NCBI GenBank assembly: GCA_903926935.1
Contig: CAIYLB010000076.1
Span: 1-54,731 of the forward strand
Source of the DNA: an uncultured Pseudomonadota bacterium
Lineage (GTDB): Bacteria; Pseudomonadota; Gammaproteobacteria; Burkholderiales; Methylophilaceae
Direction of reading: 5' to 3'
DNA length: 54,731 nucleotides
Under the pieces are notes generated by a model. It saw nothing but the letters and a program-made list of their open reading frames with translations. It was not told the DNA's origin and did no database searches. A program made the position numbers and the translations under genes. Shown one piece after another: positions 1 to 12,348 of the stretch (its first letter is position 1; every line of letters begins with the position of its first letter).

Positions 1-65
1 GCAATGCCGCTCATGCCAGAACCACCAATACCAATAAAATGAATATTCTTTACCTTATGTTTCAT
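1..65 (-). CDS. murC: UDP-N-acetylmuramate--L-alanine ligase, 5' end only (runs off window)
   Basis: Reverse strand reads [22 protein letters not shown], the MurC N-terminal Gly-rich motif; ATG overlaps the murG stop (ATGA). Confidence 0.95.
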   Translation of the reverse strand, partial: MKHKVKNIHFIGIGGSGMSGI

Positions 66-1126
66 GCGGCGAACTCCTTGCAAATATTGGCAACATCAGC
101 AGTGGCTTGTGGCTTGCCCAATGCGTGGGCTGTAATGGCCATAGTTAAACAGTGTTCGCGAGTTAATCCTTGCAGCAAGGCGGCTATTTTTGCTACGGTA
201 AATGCGCCTTGTGGCATTAATATCGCAGCACCAGCGTCAGATAAATAATGCGCATTGCTAGTTTGGTGATCGTCTACCGCGTATGGAAAAGGCACTAATA
301 CACTAGCAATACCCGCGGCTGAAACTTCTGCAACGGTCAGTGCGCCTGAACGGCAAATCACAATATCAGCCCAGTTGTACATTTCCGCCATATCGTTAAT
401 GAATGCTTTTGCCTCTGCCTCAACATGATTCTCTTGGTAATTAGCTTGCAATTTAGTGATGTGTTTTTCACCGGCTTGATGCACCACTAGCGGACGACGG
501 CCTATAGCCATTTCAGCTAAGGCTTTTGGCAACACTTCGTTCAATGCTTGCGCACCTAAACTACCGCCGACTACTAACAACCTTAAAGGACCTGTACGTG
601 TGGCCAACCGAATTTCTGGTGGCAATATTTGGGTAATGTCTTCACGCACAGGATTACCAAGCAAAATTACCTTGTCACCAAAAGCTGCAGGGAAGGCGGC
701 CAAGACCTTAGTGGCAAAGTGCGCTAAGGTTTTATTGGTTAAACCAGCAACCGAGTTTTGCTCATGAATCACCAATGGTTTACGCAGTAAACTAGCCATC
801 AAGCCGCCAGGAAACGCAGCAAAACCACCCATACCTAAAACAAGATTAGGCTTAAATTTCGTAATTGCTTGATAAGATTGTATTAGTGCAATGCTTAATT
901 TAACCGGCAACAATAACCAACCCAACAATCCTTTACCACGGACACCGCGCATGGTAATCATGGCTTTCTGATAGCCTTTATCGGCAATCAATCTATTTTC
1001 CATGCCACCTTCAGTGCATAACCAAACAATTTCCCAGCCTTCGGCTTTTAAATAATCAGCCACTGCCATCGCTGGATATACATGTCCGCCTGTACCACCA
1101 GCCATAATCATCAGCATTTTACTCAT
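62..1126 (-). CDS. murG: Lipid II GlcNAc transferase MurG
   Basis: [15 protein letters not shown] and GGSLGA motifs; start moved to the ATG at 1126 (MSKML), which overlaps the ftsW stop. Confidence 0.97.
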   Translation of the reverse strand: MSKMLMIMAGGTGGHVYPAMAVADYLKAEGWEIVWLCTEGGMENRLIADKGYQKAMITMRGVRGKGLLGWLLLPVKLSIALIQSYQAITKFKPNLVLGMGGFAAFPGGLMASLLRKPLVIHEQNSVAGLTNKTLAHFATKVLAAFPAAFGDKVILLGNPVREDITQILPPEIRLATRTGPLRLLVVGGSLGAQALNEVLPKALAEMAIGRRPLVVHQAGEKHITKLQANYQENHVEAEAKAFINDMAEMYNWADIVICRSGALTVAEVSAAGIASVLVPFPYAVDDHQTSNAHYLSDAGAAILMPQGAFTVAKIAALLQGLTREHCLTMAITAHALGKPQATADVANICKEFAA

Positions 1127-2286
1127 GATGGCAAACCTTTTTGCAAACGGCGATTTTCGAAATCGATTCTTAGCACAATGGCCATTGCAATACAATTAGC
1201 CAAAATGCCACTACCGCCAAAAGACAATAAAGGTAAAGTCAGCCCTTTAGTAGGCAATAAACCCATATTTACGCCCATGTTGATAATGCCTTGCACGCCC
1301 ATCCAAACGCCCAAACCTTGTGCCAGCAACGCAGCAAAATAGCGCTCATTCTCAATCGCTTCTTTGGCAATGCTGAACGAGCGAATCACAATCCAAGCGA
1401 ATAATCCAACTACCGCTAGCACGCCAACAAAACCTAATTCTTCGGCAATTACTGCGAGTAAAAAGTCGGTATGCGCTTCTGGTAGATATAATAGTTTTTC
1501 TACACTTGCACCCAGACCAACACCGAACCACTCACCGCGGCCAAATGCGATAAGCGCATGTGATAGCTGATAACCTTTTCCATATGGGTCAGCCCATGGA
1601 TCCATAAAACCAATCACGCGCTCTAATCGGTAAGGTGAGCTCCAAATCAAGAACACAAATCCAACCACTAGCAACACTAGCAAGCCGGCAAAAATTCGGC
1701 CATTAATGCCGCCCAGCCATAATATTGAGATAGAGATTGCGGCAATCACCGCAAATGCGCCAAAATCTGGCTCGCGCAACAACAATCCGCCCACCATCAG
1801 CATGACCACTAACATCGGCAAGAAGCCTTTTCTAAAACTATCCATCACCGCCGCTTTACGCACGGTGTAATCTGCTACGTACATGGCGGCAAATAGCTTC
1901 ATAAATTCAGAGGGCTGCGGGTTAATTACGAATAACCTCAACCAGCGACGGCTACCGCCAGCCTTAAGGCCGATACCAGGAATTAGCACTAAGACTAATA
2001 ACGTTAATCCTACTAGAAACAAAAATGGCGCCATTTTTTGCCACCAAGTAATCGGCACATTGAACGCTACAAATGACGCAACAAGCGCTACCAGCATGAA
2101 TATAGCTTGATGCACTAAGTAATAACTGCTGTTATGGCCCACACCTTTATCCGCTTCAGCAATGGCAATTGAGGCTGAATAGACCATCACCAAGCCTAGG
2201 CCTAACAAACACAATACGGTCCACAACAATCCTTGGTCGTAGCTTGGCGAATTTAAGCGGTCGCGGTTTAGAATTTTGGTAATCAT
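1123..2286 (-). CDS. ftsW: SEDS peptidoglycan polymerase FtsW
   Basis: Multi-TM protein with [13 protein letters not shown] and SFGGS motifs; dcw position. Confidence 0.97.
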   Translation of the reverse strand: MITKILNRDRLNSPSYDQGLLWTVLCLLGLGLVMVYSASIAIAEADKGVGHNSSYYLVHQAIFMLVALVASFVAFNVPITWWQKMAPFLFLVGLTLLVLVLIPGIGLKAGGSRRWLRLFVINPQPSEFMKLFAAMYVADYTVRKAAVMDSFRKGFLPMLVVMLMVGGLLLREPDFGAFAVIAAISISILWLGGINGRIFAGLLVLLVVGFVFLIWSSPYRLERVIGFMDPWADPYGKGYQLSHALIAFGRGEWFGVGLGASVEKLLYLPEAHTDFLLAVIAEELGFVGVLAVVGLFAWIVIRSFSIAKEAIENERYFAALLAQGLGVWMGVQGIINMGVNMGLLPTKGLTLPLLSFGGSGILANCIAMAIVLRIDFENRRLQKGLPS

Positions 2287-3656
2287 GCGGCCTCCTGCAA
2301 ACGAGCAACGGCACTCACAAACACTTCTGCACGATGCACATAATTTTTGAACATATCAAAACTAGCACAGGCCGGTGAAAGTAAAATAGCATCGCCTGCT
2401 TGGGCTAATTTTTTTGCAATATTCACGGCTTCAGGTAAATCAATCGCGTGATATAAAGGCACATTGGTGTTTAACATTGCCGCTTCAATCAGCGCTGCAT
2501 CACGACCAATCAACACTACAGCACGGGTATTTTCTGTCACGGCTGCGGCTAGTGGAGAAAAGTCCTGCCCTTTACCTTCGCCACCAGCGATCAATACGAT
2601 TTTTTGTGGAAAACCGTCTTTATATAAACCGGCAATAGCTGCACAAGTAGCACCGACGTTAGTCCCTTTTGAATCATCGTAATAATCGACATCACTAATA
2701 TTAGCGACCCATTCCACACGATGCGGCAAGCCTTTAAAGTTATAAAGCGTTTGAATAATAGGCGCGTAATCCACGCCAATTGCGCGGCATAAAGCTACCG
2801 CGGCTAGTGCATTAGCCGCATTATGCAAACCGACAATCTTAAGGTCTGATATATTAATAAGCTCTTTCTCGCCTACGCACAGCCAAGTATCGCCATCGAC
2901 TTGCTGTAATCCATAAGCACCGTCTTCAGTAACATCAGACAAACCAAAAGTTACTTGCGCCAACTTTGGACGTGCCATCATCATGCTCCAGGCATCGTCA
3001 CGGTTAAGCACTTGAATCGCGGCATTGTAAAAAATACGCGCTTTAGCAATGGCATAATCCTGAAAGCTTGCATATCTATCCATATGATCTTCAGAAAGAT
3101 TCAACATGGTGGCGGCATCAATTTGTAAAGTGCTGGTGGTTTCTAGCTGAAAGCTGGATAGCTCTAAAACGTAAACATCCGGTGCCTCCATACTTAATGT
3201 ATCTAGCACAGGCAAACCAATATTGCCGGCAACTATGGTTTTTAAGCCTGCCGCTTTACACATTTCACCCACTAATGTTGTGACGGTAGTTTTACCATTG
3301 GCACCAGTAATCGCAATAACTTTGGCACCAACTGGGCGATATTGTGCAAACAGCTCAACATCACCAACAACACTAATGCCGCGTTTGATCGCCGCTTGAA
3401 TTTCAGGCTCACTCAATGGCACGCCTGGGCTTGCCACAATTAATTCGGCATCACTAAATACATCAGCGCTAAAAGCCCCAAGATGAATTTCAACTTGCGG
3501 CAACTCGGCCTTAAGAACATCTAAGCCAGGCGCGTTTACGCGGGTATCGGCTACAGACAAATGTGCGCCTTGCGTGTTTAACCAACGCAAGGTTGAGACC
3601 CCGGTTTCACCAAGGCCTAGCACTAATACTTTTTTGTCTTTTAACACGATTTTCAT
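2283..3656 (-). CDS. murD: UDP-MurNAc-L-Ala--D-glutamate ligase
   Basis: [23 protein letters not shown] and SPACASFD motifs. Confidence 0.97.
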   Translation of the reverse strand: MKIVLKDKKVLVLGLGETGVSTLRWLNTQGAHLSVADTRVNAPGLDVLKAELPQVEIHLGAFSADVFSDAELIVASPGVPLSEPEIQAAIKRGISVVGDVELFAQYRPVGAKVIAITGANGKTTVTTLVGEMCKAAGLKTIVAGNIGLPVLDTLSMEAPDVYVLELSSFQLETTSTLQIDAATMLNLSEDHMDRYASFQDYAIAKARIFYNAAIQVLNRDDAWSMMMARPKLAQVTFGLSDVTEDGAYGLQQVDGDTWLCVGEKELINISDLKIVGLHNAANALAAVALCRAIGVDYAPIIQTLYNFKGLPHRVEWVANISDVDYYDDSKGTNVGATCAAIAGLYKDGFPQKIVLIAGGEGKGQDFSPLAAAVTENTRAVVLIGRDAALIEAAMLNTNVPLYHAIDLPEAVNIAKKLAQAGDAILLSPACASFDMFKNYVHRAEVFVSAVARLQEAA

Positions 3657-3674
3657 TTTTATTTAATGGCCTGA

Positions 3675-4778
3675 TTACCTTAATTTCAAACTTGCCAAAC
3701 CAATCAACACCAACATCATGCTGATAATCCAAAAACGCACCACTACTTGTGTTTCTTTCCAACCCTTTTCTTCGTAATGATGATGTAGTGGTGCCATTAG
3801 AAATATCCGCTTACCTACACCTGTTTTTCGTTTGGTATATTTAAAATAGCTCACTTGCACGGCTACTGAAAAAGTCTCAACTACAAACACGCCACCCATA
3901 ATGAATAAGATAATTTCTTGGCGTACAATTACTGCCACAACACCTAACGCTGCGCCTAATGACAACGCACCAACATCGCCCATAAAAACTTCTGCTGGAT
4001 AGGCGTTAAACCATAAAAAACCCAAACCTGCACCCGCCATTGCCGCGCAAAAAACCATTAACTCACCAGCGCCTGCAACATAAGGCACACCTAAATATCT
4101 AGAGAAGTACAAGTGCCCCGCAACGTAGGCAAATATTCCTAAAGCACCTGCCACCATCACCGTTGGTAAAATGGCTAATCCATCTAGCCCATCGGTTAAG
4201 TTCACGGCATTACTGCTACCTACCACGACCAAATAGGTTAACAACATGAATCCAACAGCACTTAACGGCAGCACCAGATGTTTAAAAAATGGCACGATTA
4301 AAGTCGTTTCAACCGAGCTTGTATGCGTTTTGAATAAGAAAATTGCCACGGCAATGCCGATTAAACTTTGCCAGAAAAACTTGGCTTTAGCTGACAAGCC
4401 CTTCGGATTTTTATGCACCACTTTGCGGTAATCATCCACCCAGCCAACTGCACCAAAACCCAAGGTTGTGGCCAATACCACCCATACAAAGCGGTTACTT
4501 AAATCTGCCCATAGCAGCGTAGAAATGGCAATGGCAATCAAAATAAGCGCACCGCCCATCGTCGGCGTACCCGTTTTAATAAGATGCGTTTGTGGTCCAT
4601 CATCACGCACCGCTTGGCCGACTTTGTATTCAGTCAGTTTGCGTATCATGCTTGGGCCGGCAATAAATGAAATTGCAAGTGCGGTTAGTGTAGCTAACAC
4701 AGCACGTAAAGTGATGTAATTAAACACGTGAAATCCATGAATATCATGTGCCAACCATTGCGCTAATGTTAATAACAT
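3675..4778 (-). CDS. mraY: Phospho-MurNAc-pentapeptide transferase
   Basis: [22 protein letters not shown] and APLHHH motifs. Confidence 0.98.
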   Translation of the reverse strand: MLLTLAQWLAHDIHGFHVFNYITLRAVLATLTALAISFIAGPSMIRKLTEYKVGQAVRDDGPQTHLIKTGTPTMGGALILIAIAISTLLWADLSNRFVWVVLATTLGFGAVGWVDDYRKVVHKNPKGLSAKAKFFWQSLIGIAVAIFLFKTHTSSVETTLIVPFFKHLVLPLSAVGFMLLTYLVVVGSSNAVNLTDGLDGLAILPTVMVAGALGIFAYVAGHLYFSRYLGVPYVAGAGELMVFCAAMAGAGLGFLWFNAYPAEVFMGDVGALSLGAALGVVAVIVRQEIILFIMGGVFVVETFSVAVQVSYFKYTKRKTGVGKRIFLMAPLHHHYEEKGWKETQVVVRFWIISMMLVLIGLASLKLR

Positions 4779-6170
4779 TTAGTGAACCTCTCTATTTTTT
4801 TGATCGCTATTTTTAGCAGTTGCAGGCTCTAAAACTATCTTATTTACAACGCGTTCCATCGCCATAAATCGAGACCCTTTTACCAGCACATTCACACCTG
4901 TGCGCATATTTGCAATTAAGTCTGCTACTAAGACTTGTGGATCTTGATAGTGCTTTGCACCGCCACCAAATGCCGCACTCATTGATTGACTTAAATTACC
5001 TAAAGTGAATAGTGCATCAACACCGGCAGCCTTGGCATACGAACCAATTTCTGCATGTAAGTCAGCCGCGTTATTACCCAATTCACCCATATCACCTAAC
5101 ACCAACAGTTTTTTACCGGCTTTAGCCATCAACACATCAATAGCAACTTTCATAGACAGTGGGTTTGCATTGTAAGTATCATCAATCACCAAGGCTCCAT
5201 TCAATCCTGCTAATGGTTGCAAGCGACCTTTTACGCCTGGATAACTTTCCAAACCGGCGGCAATGATATTAAGTGGTACGCCAATAGCTAGAGCTGCTGT
5301 AGTGGCTGCCAAAGCATTAAGTACATTGTGTTTGCCTGGGGTTGGCAATTGCACATTAACAACACCTTGCGGCATTTTAATTTCAAGTGCACTAGCGCTG
5401 GCTTCTAGCCGATAAGTCGCTGTAACATCCGCTTTATTTTCCAAACCAAAAGTCATTTTTTGATGATTGCCAGACAGCGTCGTCCAGAGTGGCGCGAAAG
5501 CATCGTCAGCGTTAATAATCGCAATACCACCTTCAGATAAACCTTCAAATATCTCCGCTTTAGCTTTAGCAATGGCTTCAACAGAACCCAGTTCACCAAT
5601 ATGTGCGCTACCGGCATTATTAATAAGCGCTACGGTTGGTCTGCCAATGTGGGATAAATAACTAATTTCACCCATATGGTTCATGCCCATTTCAACCACT
5701 GCGTAGCGATGCTGCTGATTCAGCTTAAGCAAAGTCAGAGGCAATCCAATATGGTTATTTAAATTTCCCACCGTAGCTAATACTTCATCAGGCTGATGGC
5801 TAGCTGCTTTTAAGATAGAAGCCAGCATTTCTTTGATGGTGGTTTTACCATTACTGCCGGTAATGGCTACTACTGGAATAGCGAACTGATTGCGCCAATA
5901 TGCGGCAAGCCGTCCTAAGGCCAAACAAGTGTCGCTCACCATAAGCGCCGGTTCCGCATCTGATATACGGTGTGATACCAACACCGCTGCCGCACCTTGC
6001 TTGATTGCTAGCTCAGCATAATCATGTCCATCAAAATTATCGCCTTTTAGCGCAACAAATAACTGGCCTTTAGTGATGTTGCGGCTATCTGTGCCAACGC
6101 TGCTAAACATTGCATCTGGACCCATTAACGTCGCTTGCATCACTTTTGCCGCTTCTGAAAGTAGCATCAT
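4779..6170 (-). CDS. murF: UDP-MurNAc-tripeptide--D-Ala-D-Ala ligase
   Basis: TGSNGKTT, NNHIGLP, DDTYNANP and KGSR motifs. Confidence 0.97.
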   Translation of the reverse strand: MMLLSEAAKVMQATLMGPDAMFSSVGTDSRNITKGQLFVALKGDNFDGHDYAELAIKQGAAAVLVSHRISDAEPALMVSDTCLALGRLAAYWRNQFAIPVVAITGSNGKTTIKEMLASILKAASHQPDEVLATVGNLNNHIGLPLTLLKLNQQHRYAVVEMGMNHMGEISYLSHIGRPTVALINNAGSAHIGELGSVEAIAKAKAEIFEGLSEGGIAIINADDAFAPLWTTLSGNHQKMTFGLENKADVTATYRLEASASALEIKMPQGVVNVQLPTPGKHNVLNALAATTAALAIGVPLNIIAAGLESYPGVKGRLQPLAGLNGALVIDDTYNANPLSMKVAIDVLMAKAGKKLLVLGDMGELGNNAADLHAEIGSYAKAAGVDALFTLGNLSQSMSAAFGGGAKHYQDPQVLVADLIANMRTGVNVLVKGSRFMAMERVVNKIVLEPATAKNSDQKNREVH

Positions 6171-7657
6171 AAAGACACCTTCACATCAGATTTACTTACA
6201 TCTAATAAATTCAGCGCAGCCTGTGCAATCAAGGCATCATCAAACAGATGCTTAACGCCTAATATTTCCTGATAATTCTCATGGCCTTTTCCAGCCACTA
6301 GCACAATATCACCCTTATTCGCTAACTTAATCGCTAGTTTAATGGCGCTTGCGCGGTCTTCTTCAACCAAGTAAGCCTCAGCATTATCCGCAATAATCGC
6401 TTGTATAATAGATGTCGCATTCTCGCTACGTGGATTGTCTGAAGTCACAATGACGGTGTCAGCTAACCGGCGAGCAATAGCGCCCATTAACGGCCTCTTA
6501 CCCGCATCACGGTCACCGCCACAACCAAAAACGCATAACAATTTTGCGCCTGCTTGTAACTGTTCGCGCAAGGTGCTCAACACTTTTTCCAGTGCATCTG
6601 GGGTGTGTGCGTAATCCACAACAACCAAAGGAGAACTGCCACCACCAAATTGCTGCATGCGACCTGCAACTGGCTTAATTTGGCTAATAGCAACCACCGC
6701 ATCGCTTAAAGAAACCTCTAGCGCAAGCAACGTCGCCAATACGGCAAGTAGGTTATAAGCATTAAAACGGCCTAACACTGGCGCGGCCAACAAAGCATCA
6801 CCAGCAGGCGTTGACACATGCATAGCCAATCCGGCGTCATGAAGCTGTAAGTTACTACCACGCACTTCGCCATATTGCAGACCATAGCTTAATATTGGCT
6901 TAGCTTGCTTGTTCAGTGCACTTGCTATTTTTTGCCCAAAAACATCATCTGCATTTAACACGGCAACTTTCAAACTGGTTAAATCAAATAGCTTTTGTTT
7001 AGCTGCGGCATAAGCTTCCATTGTTTCGTGATAATCCAAATGATCACGACTCAAATTGGTCAGAACCGCAATATCAAATTCCACACCATTTACGCGACCT
7101 TGATCTAGGCCATGCGATGACACTTCCATCACCACGGCGTCAGCCTGTTGAGCCACAAAGTCAGCCAACATGCCTTGTAGCAATATTGCATCTGGCGTGG
7201 TGTTACTGGCCGTAGCTAATACACTTGCTTGCGGATCGATAAAACCATTGCCTATGGTGCCCAATACCGCCGTTTTTTGCCCTAAAATTGTCAAGCATTG
7301 TGCAAGCCACTGGCTGACAGAAGTTTTACCATTAGTGCCAGTTACGCCTATCATGGTCAACCTTGCTGAAGGATGATGATGATATTCAGCCGCAATTTCG
7401 CCTGCTTTTTGCTTTAAGTTATCTACGGCTAAATTACTCACAGACCAATCTGTAGGCCAAGAAAATCCAGCTTTATCCCAAACAACAGCACTAGCACCTT
7501 GTTTAATTGCTTGAGCAATATAATCACGACCGTCACTCACTGCGCCGGGATAAGCCAAAAATAATGCACCAGCTTGCACGTGGCGGCTATCGGCTGTCAT
7601 TGCGCTAAACGGCTTCTTAAAGCTGGAAAGCACACTCGATGTTGATGGCAAGGTCAT
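6167..7657 (-). CDS. murE: UDP-MurNAc-dipeptide--meso-DAP ligase
   Basis: TGTNGKT, DYAHTPD, DNPR (DAP-type) and GKGHE motifs. Confidence 0.97.
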   Translation of the reverse strand: MTLPSTSSVLSSFKKPFSAMTADSRHVQAGALFLAYPGAVSDGRDYIAQAIKQGASAVVWDKAGFSWPTDWSVSNLAVDNLKQKAGEIAAEYHHHPSARLTMIGVTGTNGKTSVSQWLAQCLTILGQKTAVLGTIGNGFIDPQASVLATASNTTPDAILLQGMLADFVAQQADAVVMEVSSHGLDQGRVNGVEFDIAVLTNLSRDHLDYHETMEAYAAAKQKLFDLTSLKVAVLNADDVFGQKIASALNKQAKPILSYGLQYGEVRGSNLQLHDAGLAMHVSTPAGDALLAAPVLGRFNAYNLLAVLATLLALEVSLSDAVVAISQIKPVAGRMQQFGGGSSPLVVVDYAHTPDALEKVLSTLREQLQAGAKLLCVFGCGGDRDAGKRPLMGAIARRLADTVIVTSDNPRSENATSIIQAIIADNAEAYLVEEDRASAIKLAIKLANKGDIVLVAGKGHENYQEILGVKHLFDDALIAQAALNLLDVSKSDVKVSL

Positions 7658-9396
7658 ATAATTTCCTTCACATCATCAACACTGTCTGGCAAATTATCAG
7701 TAGGGATCACGACATTATTATTTGGCGCATCTTGCGGTATCGCTAACATACGCAGTGCATCGGCCATTACCGCACTGAATACCGGCGCCGCGACTATGCC
7801 GCCATAATACTGGTCGCCTGCCGTGTTTGGCTCATCGATCATAATCGCCATAATCAAGCGTGGATTTGAAGCTGGCGCCATACCAACAAATGAGCCTACA
7901 TACTTATCTTTCTCGTAACCATGTGGTCCTAACTTATGCGTTGTACCAGTTTTACCAGCCACGCGATAACCCATAACCTGCGCTTTTAAGGCTGTGCCAC
8001 CTGGCAATACAACCATTTCTAGCATAGCTTTCATTTCGTTAGCTGTTTTAGCGCTAAAAACTTGGGTACCTACAGGAACGTCTTGCAACTTTAATAATGA
8101 AACTGGTTTTAATTCACCATCATTCGCAAATGCCGTATAAGCCCTAGCCAACTGCAATAATGTCACGCTTATACCATTACCAAATGACATGGTTGCCTGC
8201 TCAATTGGCCGCCATGTTTTGTAATTTCGCACTTGCCCAGCCGCCTCACCGGGGAAGCCAATATGCGTTTTAGCGCCAAAACCCAGTTGATTAAAGGTAT
8301 CCCACATATATTTTTTATCTAAAGTTAGCGCTATTTTTGAGGCGCCTACATTCGATGATTTTTGTATCACTTCTGCTACAGTCAAAATGCCATGCGCATG
8401 AGAATCATGGATAGTCGCTGGGCCTATTTTCAGCGTACCTGGAGCTGTGTTAATTTTAGTATCCGGCTGATATTGGCCAGATTCCAGGCCAGCAGCAACC
8501 GTCACCGGCTTCATGGTAGAGCCAGGCTCAAACATATCAACAATCGCACGATTACGCGTCTTACCTTTAATGTTGATTGGATTGTTAGGGTTGTAAGTAG
8601 GAACATTGACCATCGCTAACACTTCGCCAGTTTTAGCATCTAGCACTATGGCTGCACCAGCCGCAGCCTTATGCAACTCAACCGCCTTGGCCAACTCGCG
8701 ATAAGCTAAATACTGAATTCTGCGGTCAATAGACAACACCACATCATGACCATCTTGCGGTACTTTTACCGCTTCCAAGTCCTCAATAATATGGCCAGAT
8801 CTATCCTTTATCACACGGCGACTGCCTTCTTTACCTGACAATGCGCTATTCATGGCCAGCTCAAAACCTTCTTGACCCGTATCATCCAAGCCGGTAAAGC
8901 CAACCAAGTGCGCAGTAACATCGCCGGCTGGGTAATAACGCTTATATTCGCGTTGCAAATAAATACCTGGCACACCGACTTTCATTACCTGCGCTGCAAG
9001 CTCGGGTGAAATTCTGCGTTTTAAATAGACAAATCCACGCTCACTATTCACCAATTTTTCGCTTACTATTTCTGGCTTCATTTGCAGAATTTCTGCAATC
9101 TGCTTGGTTTGGGTGTCGTTAATTTTAACATCTGGCGGACTAGCCCACACCGACTCAACAGGCGAACTAATTGCCAACAATTCACCATTCCTATCCGTGA
9201 TTTTTCCGCGATGCGCTGACAAAACTAAAGTACGGCTATAACGCGCATCGCCCTTTTCTTGCAAGAATTTTTTATGGAAACTTTGCAAATACAAGCCTCG
9301 TCCTAGTAAGGCAGCAAAGCCCAGCAGCACTACAGCGAGTAGAACGCGGCGGCGCCAGGTTGGCAACTTAACCACTACCAGCATATTCATAGCCAT
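7654..9396 (-). CDS. ftsI: Penicillin-binding protein 3
   Basis: N-terminal TM; STMK (SxxK), SSN and KTG motifs. Confidence 0.97.
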   Translation of the reverse strand: MAMNMLVVVKLPTWRRRVLLAVVLLGFAALLGRGLYLQSFHKKFLQEKGDARYSRTLVLSAHRGKITDRNGELLAISSPVESVWASPPDVKINDTQTKQIAEILQMKPEIVSEKLVNSERGFVYLKRRISPELAAQVMKVGVPGIYLQREYKRYYPAGDVTAHLVGFTGLDDTGQEGFELAMNSALSGKEGSRRVIKDRSGHIIEDLEAVKVPQDGHDVVLSIDRRIQYLAYRELAKAVELHKAAAGAAIVLDAKTGEVLAMVNVPTYNPNNPINIKGKTRNRAIVDMFEPGSTMKPVTVAAGLESGQYQPDTKINTAPGTLKIGPATIHDSHAHGILTVAEVIQKSSNVGASKIALTLDKKYMWDTFNQLGFGAKTHIGFPGEAAGQVRNYKTWRPIEQATMSFGNGISVTLLQLARAYTAFANDGELKPVSLLKLQDVPVGTQVFSAKTANEMKAMLEMVVLPGGTALKAQVMGYRVAGKTGTTHKLGPHGYEKDKYVGSFVGMAPASNPRLIMAIMIDEPNTAGDQYYGGIVAAPVFSAVMADALRMLAIPQDAPNNNVVIPTDNLPDSVDDVKEII

Positions 9397-9731
9397 TAGG
9401 GCGCAACCTCTTGTTGCGCTTGCACAGGTACGTTGAATTGCATGGCAGCCGACGCTTTAGGTGCAACTTCATCAAGCGTGACCAATTGCACACGCTTAGC
9501 ATCAGGCACTTGCATCTGCAATTGCTCTGTAGCAATCGCCTCCACACGTGAGTGCATTGCCCATGTACTTTGCTCTAGTTGCAATTGGCCATATTCTTGA
9601 TCATATTGCTTTGTTAATTGATTAATCTGCTCAAGTTCAATATAACGATTACGCGCTTTATGCTGCGAATTCACTAATCCTAGCGCTGAAAAAATAAGCG
9701 CAAAATACAAGATCATATTTAGCCGAGTCAT
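9396..9731 (-). CDS. ftsL: Cell division protein FtsL
   Basis: Single TM plus coiled coil ([14 protein letters not shown]); lies between rsmH and ftsI. Confidence 0.93.
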   Translation of the reverse strand: MTRLNMILYFALIFSALGLVNSQHKARNRYIELEQINQLTKQYDQEYGQLQLEQSTWAMHSRVEAIATEQLQMQVPDAKRVQLVTLDEVAPKASAAMQFNVPVQAQQEVAP

Positions 9732-10837
9732 ATGACGCTGGTTCTTTCTGCTACGCGCAGTACTGCGCTACGTGAGCGCGGATTATGCTTAACTTCCTTA
9801 GCTGATGGCTTAATGGTTTTTCCTACACCGGTTAATTTCGGCTGTGGCAGCTCTGCGGCACGCACTGGGAAATTTGCTGGCAAGTCATCGCGGTTTGCTT
9901 GGTCACGCACAAACTGCTTCACAATACGGTCTTCTAAAGAATGAAAGCTAATCACCGCCAAACGACCTTGTGGCGCCAACAAAGCCAAGCACTGCGGCAT
10001 GGTTAGCGCAAGCTCCTCAAGCTCCTGATTGACGTGAATCCGTAAAGCTTGAAATGTGCGCGTTGCGGGATTCTGGCCGGGCTCAAACCGCGTGACTGCG
10101 CCTGCCACGATCTTGGTAAGTTGCCCCGTAGTGGTGATGGCGCGCCCATCATTGCGCTCCGCAATAATCGCCCTTGCAATCTGCTTAGCAAACCGTTCTT
10201 CACCATAATTTTTTATAACCTCCGCTAAAACTTGCTCTGTTGTACTAGCAAGAAAATCTGCCGCTGTTTTTCCGCTACTTTGATCCATGCGCATATCTAA
10301 TGGCGCATCATATCTAAAACTAAATCCACGGCTTGCTTCGTCTATTTGTGGTGATGAAATCCCCAAATCCAACAAAATTCCATCTACTTTTGAAATACCC
10401 ATATCAGCCAACTCGGCTTGCATACCCGCAAAATGACTATGCACTATGCTAAATCTAGCGTCAGCAATTGCCTTACTCGATTCAATAGCACTTAAATCAC
10501 GATCAAACGCGATCAAGCGGCCATTAGCGCCTAATTGTTCTAATATTTTTTTGGAATGTCCGCCACGACCGAATGTGCCGTCGACATAAATGCCATCTGG
10601 CTTAATAGCCAAGGCTTGCACAGCCTCATCTAACAAAACGGTGACGTGCGAATTTGTAGTAAATGATTCAGAGGAAGAATCGTTTACTAGATTGGTATTT
10701 GAATTTGAGATTAAGTTTGACACGTCTGGCGTTGACTTTTCTAACATTAATGCATCAATTAATGATGCTGATTTTGGAGATACTTTTTTTGCAGACAATA
10801 ATGCTTTGTTGGGCGCACCGTTCACGCCCTTAATCAC
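9728..10837 (-). CDS. rsmH: 16S rRNA m4C1402 methyltransferase (start uncertain, long N-terminal extension)
   Basis: [32 protein letters not shown] and NPRSRSA motifs. Confidence 0.96.
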   Translation of the reverse strand: MIKGVNGAPNKALLSAKKVSPKSASLIDALMLEKSTPDVSNLISNSNTNLVNDSSSESFTTNSHVTVLLDEAVQALAIKPDGIYVDGTFGRGGHSKKILEQLGANGRLIAFDRDLSAIESSKAIADARFSIVHSHFAGMQAELADMGISKVDGILLDLGISSPQIDEASRGFSFRYDAPLDMRMDQSSGKTAADFLASTTEQVLAEVIKNYGEERFAKQIARAIIAERNDGRAITTTGQLTKIVAGAVTRFEPGQNPATRTFQALRIHVNQELEELALTMPQCLALLAPQGRLAVISFHSLEDRIVKQFVRDQANRDDLPANFPVRAAELPQPKLTGVGKTIKPSAKEVKHNPRSRSAVLRVAERTSVI

Positions 10838-11280
10838 AGCGAGAAACCCTCTAACTCACTCGGCATGACGAAGCTCTCGTCTTGCATCACTTGCGCCAAC
10901 TGAGCGCGCCAAGCGTCTTTGTTCCATAACTCAAAATGACTACCTTGACCGACCAGCATCACCTCTTTATCCAAGCCGGCAAACTCACGTAACACCGGTG
11001 AAATCAACACACGACCTGCGCCATCCAAGCTAACATCCTCAGCAAAACCAACCAACAGGCGCTGCAAGGCACTAGATTGCCTATCAAATGAAGACAAGGC
11101 CATCATCTTCGCCTGAATTGGCTCCCAAGCAGGTTGCGGGTACAACAGCAAGCAGCGATGCGGATGCGCAGTCAACACCAAGTTACCGGCACACTCAAGC
11201 TGCAGAGATTCCCTGTGCCTAGTCGGCACAGCTAACCTGCTTTTTGCATCTAAATTTAATGAGGTTGCACCGCGAAACAT
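10834..11280 (-). CDS. mraZ: dcw cluster repressor MraZ
   Basis: MFRG start; two DxxxR repeats (LDAKSR, LDGAGR). Confidence 0.97.
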   Translation of the reverse strand: MFRGATSLNLDAKSRLAVPTRHRESLQLECAGNLVLTAHPHRCLLLYPQPAWEPIQAKMMALSSFDRQSSALQRLLVGFAEDVSLDGAGRVLISPVLREFAGLDKEVMLVGQGSHFELWNKDAWRAQLAQVMQDESFVMPSELEGFSL

Positions 11281-11350
11281 ATTGTCTTTACTTTCCTTAA
11301 TCCTAAATAAACTTTAAAACTAAAACTATTAAGACGCTGACACAAATTAC

Positions 11351-11384
11351 CCACAAAAACCCACTTTCCCCCACCAAGTTCCAC
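11351..11384 (-). promoter_or_regulatory. MraZ operator: four GTGG boxes at 10-bp phasing
   Basis: CCAC at 11351, 11361, 11371 and 11381 on the + strand; matches known MraZ GTGG/TGGG repeats upstream of mraZ. Confidence 0.85.
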
Positions 11385-11411
11385 TATAAATAAAATAAAG
11401 TTGCAATGCAA
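11383..11411 (-). promoter_or_regulatory. sigma70-type promoter of the dcw cluster
   Basis: TTGCAT-17 bp-TATAGT on the minus strand; the -10 element overlaps the outermost MraZ box. Confidence 0.65.
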
Positions 11412-11886
11412 GCATTTTTTACTAATTTATCTATATATCTCAATGACTTAGCGCATTTTATGCCTAAAAATAAAGTCTATATAAATTAAGTACATACGAA
11501 ATTATGTGAATGTAGATTATTAGAAGAATGATGAAAGCAATTGAATTTAAATTGGAGAGCTAAAGCGGGGTGTATTTACAGAAAATTAAGCAAGATTAAT
11601 CTGTGGCCTGCCGGAAATGCAAGGGATTTTGATGAAAATACCGGCTAAGACCTTAATATAATAAGGGAATTTAATTTTGGCTCTAATACTCGATAAAACT
11701 TACATTTAATATCATGAAGGGTCCAATGCTGGATATAACTGAATTTTAGTGAACTGTGTCAGATTTAGCAGAAGCTACTTACATAAAAAATATCAAAATG
11801 AATTGTTAATCCAATAGATGTCAGCCAAATCAGCAGGCGTTTGGCTATTCATTTTCACTTATCTAAACAAGCATCCAACATCTTTA

Positions 11887-12219
11887 TCAATGGAATAAAG
11901 ACTTTGAGAATAAATTAATCACGACAATTCCAGAGACTATAAGCAACAAACCTATAGTTGCGCCCAAATCTAGTGGCTCCTTAAAATATAACCAGGATAT
12001 AAGTGCTACAAAGCCAACAGCAACGCCAGTCCATATAGCATATGCAATCCCCACTGGTATGTACTTAAGTGTTCTTGATAAAAAATAAATTCCGGTGGTG
12101 TACCCTAAAATAACTAAAATAGAGGGCCTTAAGTTTGTAAATCCAACCGTGTACTTTAACGCCAAAGTGGCTATTATTTCGCAAACAATAGCGACAATGA
12201 GGAATAACCACTTTTCCAT
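11887..12219 (-). CDS. SMR-family small multidrug/cation exporter (EmrE/Qac-like)
   Basis: 110 aa, four TMs, conserved TM1 Glu (AIVCEIIAT), KYTVGF and GIAYAIWTG. Confidence 0.9.
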   Translation of the reverse strand: MEKWLFLIVAIVCEIIATLALKYTVGFTNLRPSILVILGYTTGIYFLSRTLKYIPVGIAYAIWTGVAVGFVALISWLYFKEPLDLGATIGLLLIVSGIVVINLFSKSLFH

Positions 12220-12348
12220 AATTTTCTTTTCTAGAACCTAAACTGTTAATTTTAAAACTTTGGCGAACCAAAAAATACGTCTTAAAACTTAACTTATTAC
12301 AGGACATTGTTAATAATTTTAAGCCGTTATAGATATTTAATATAACCT

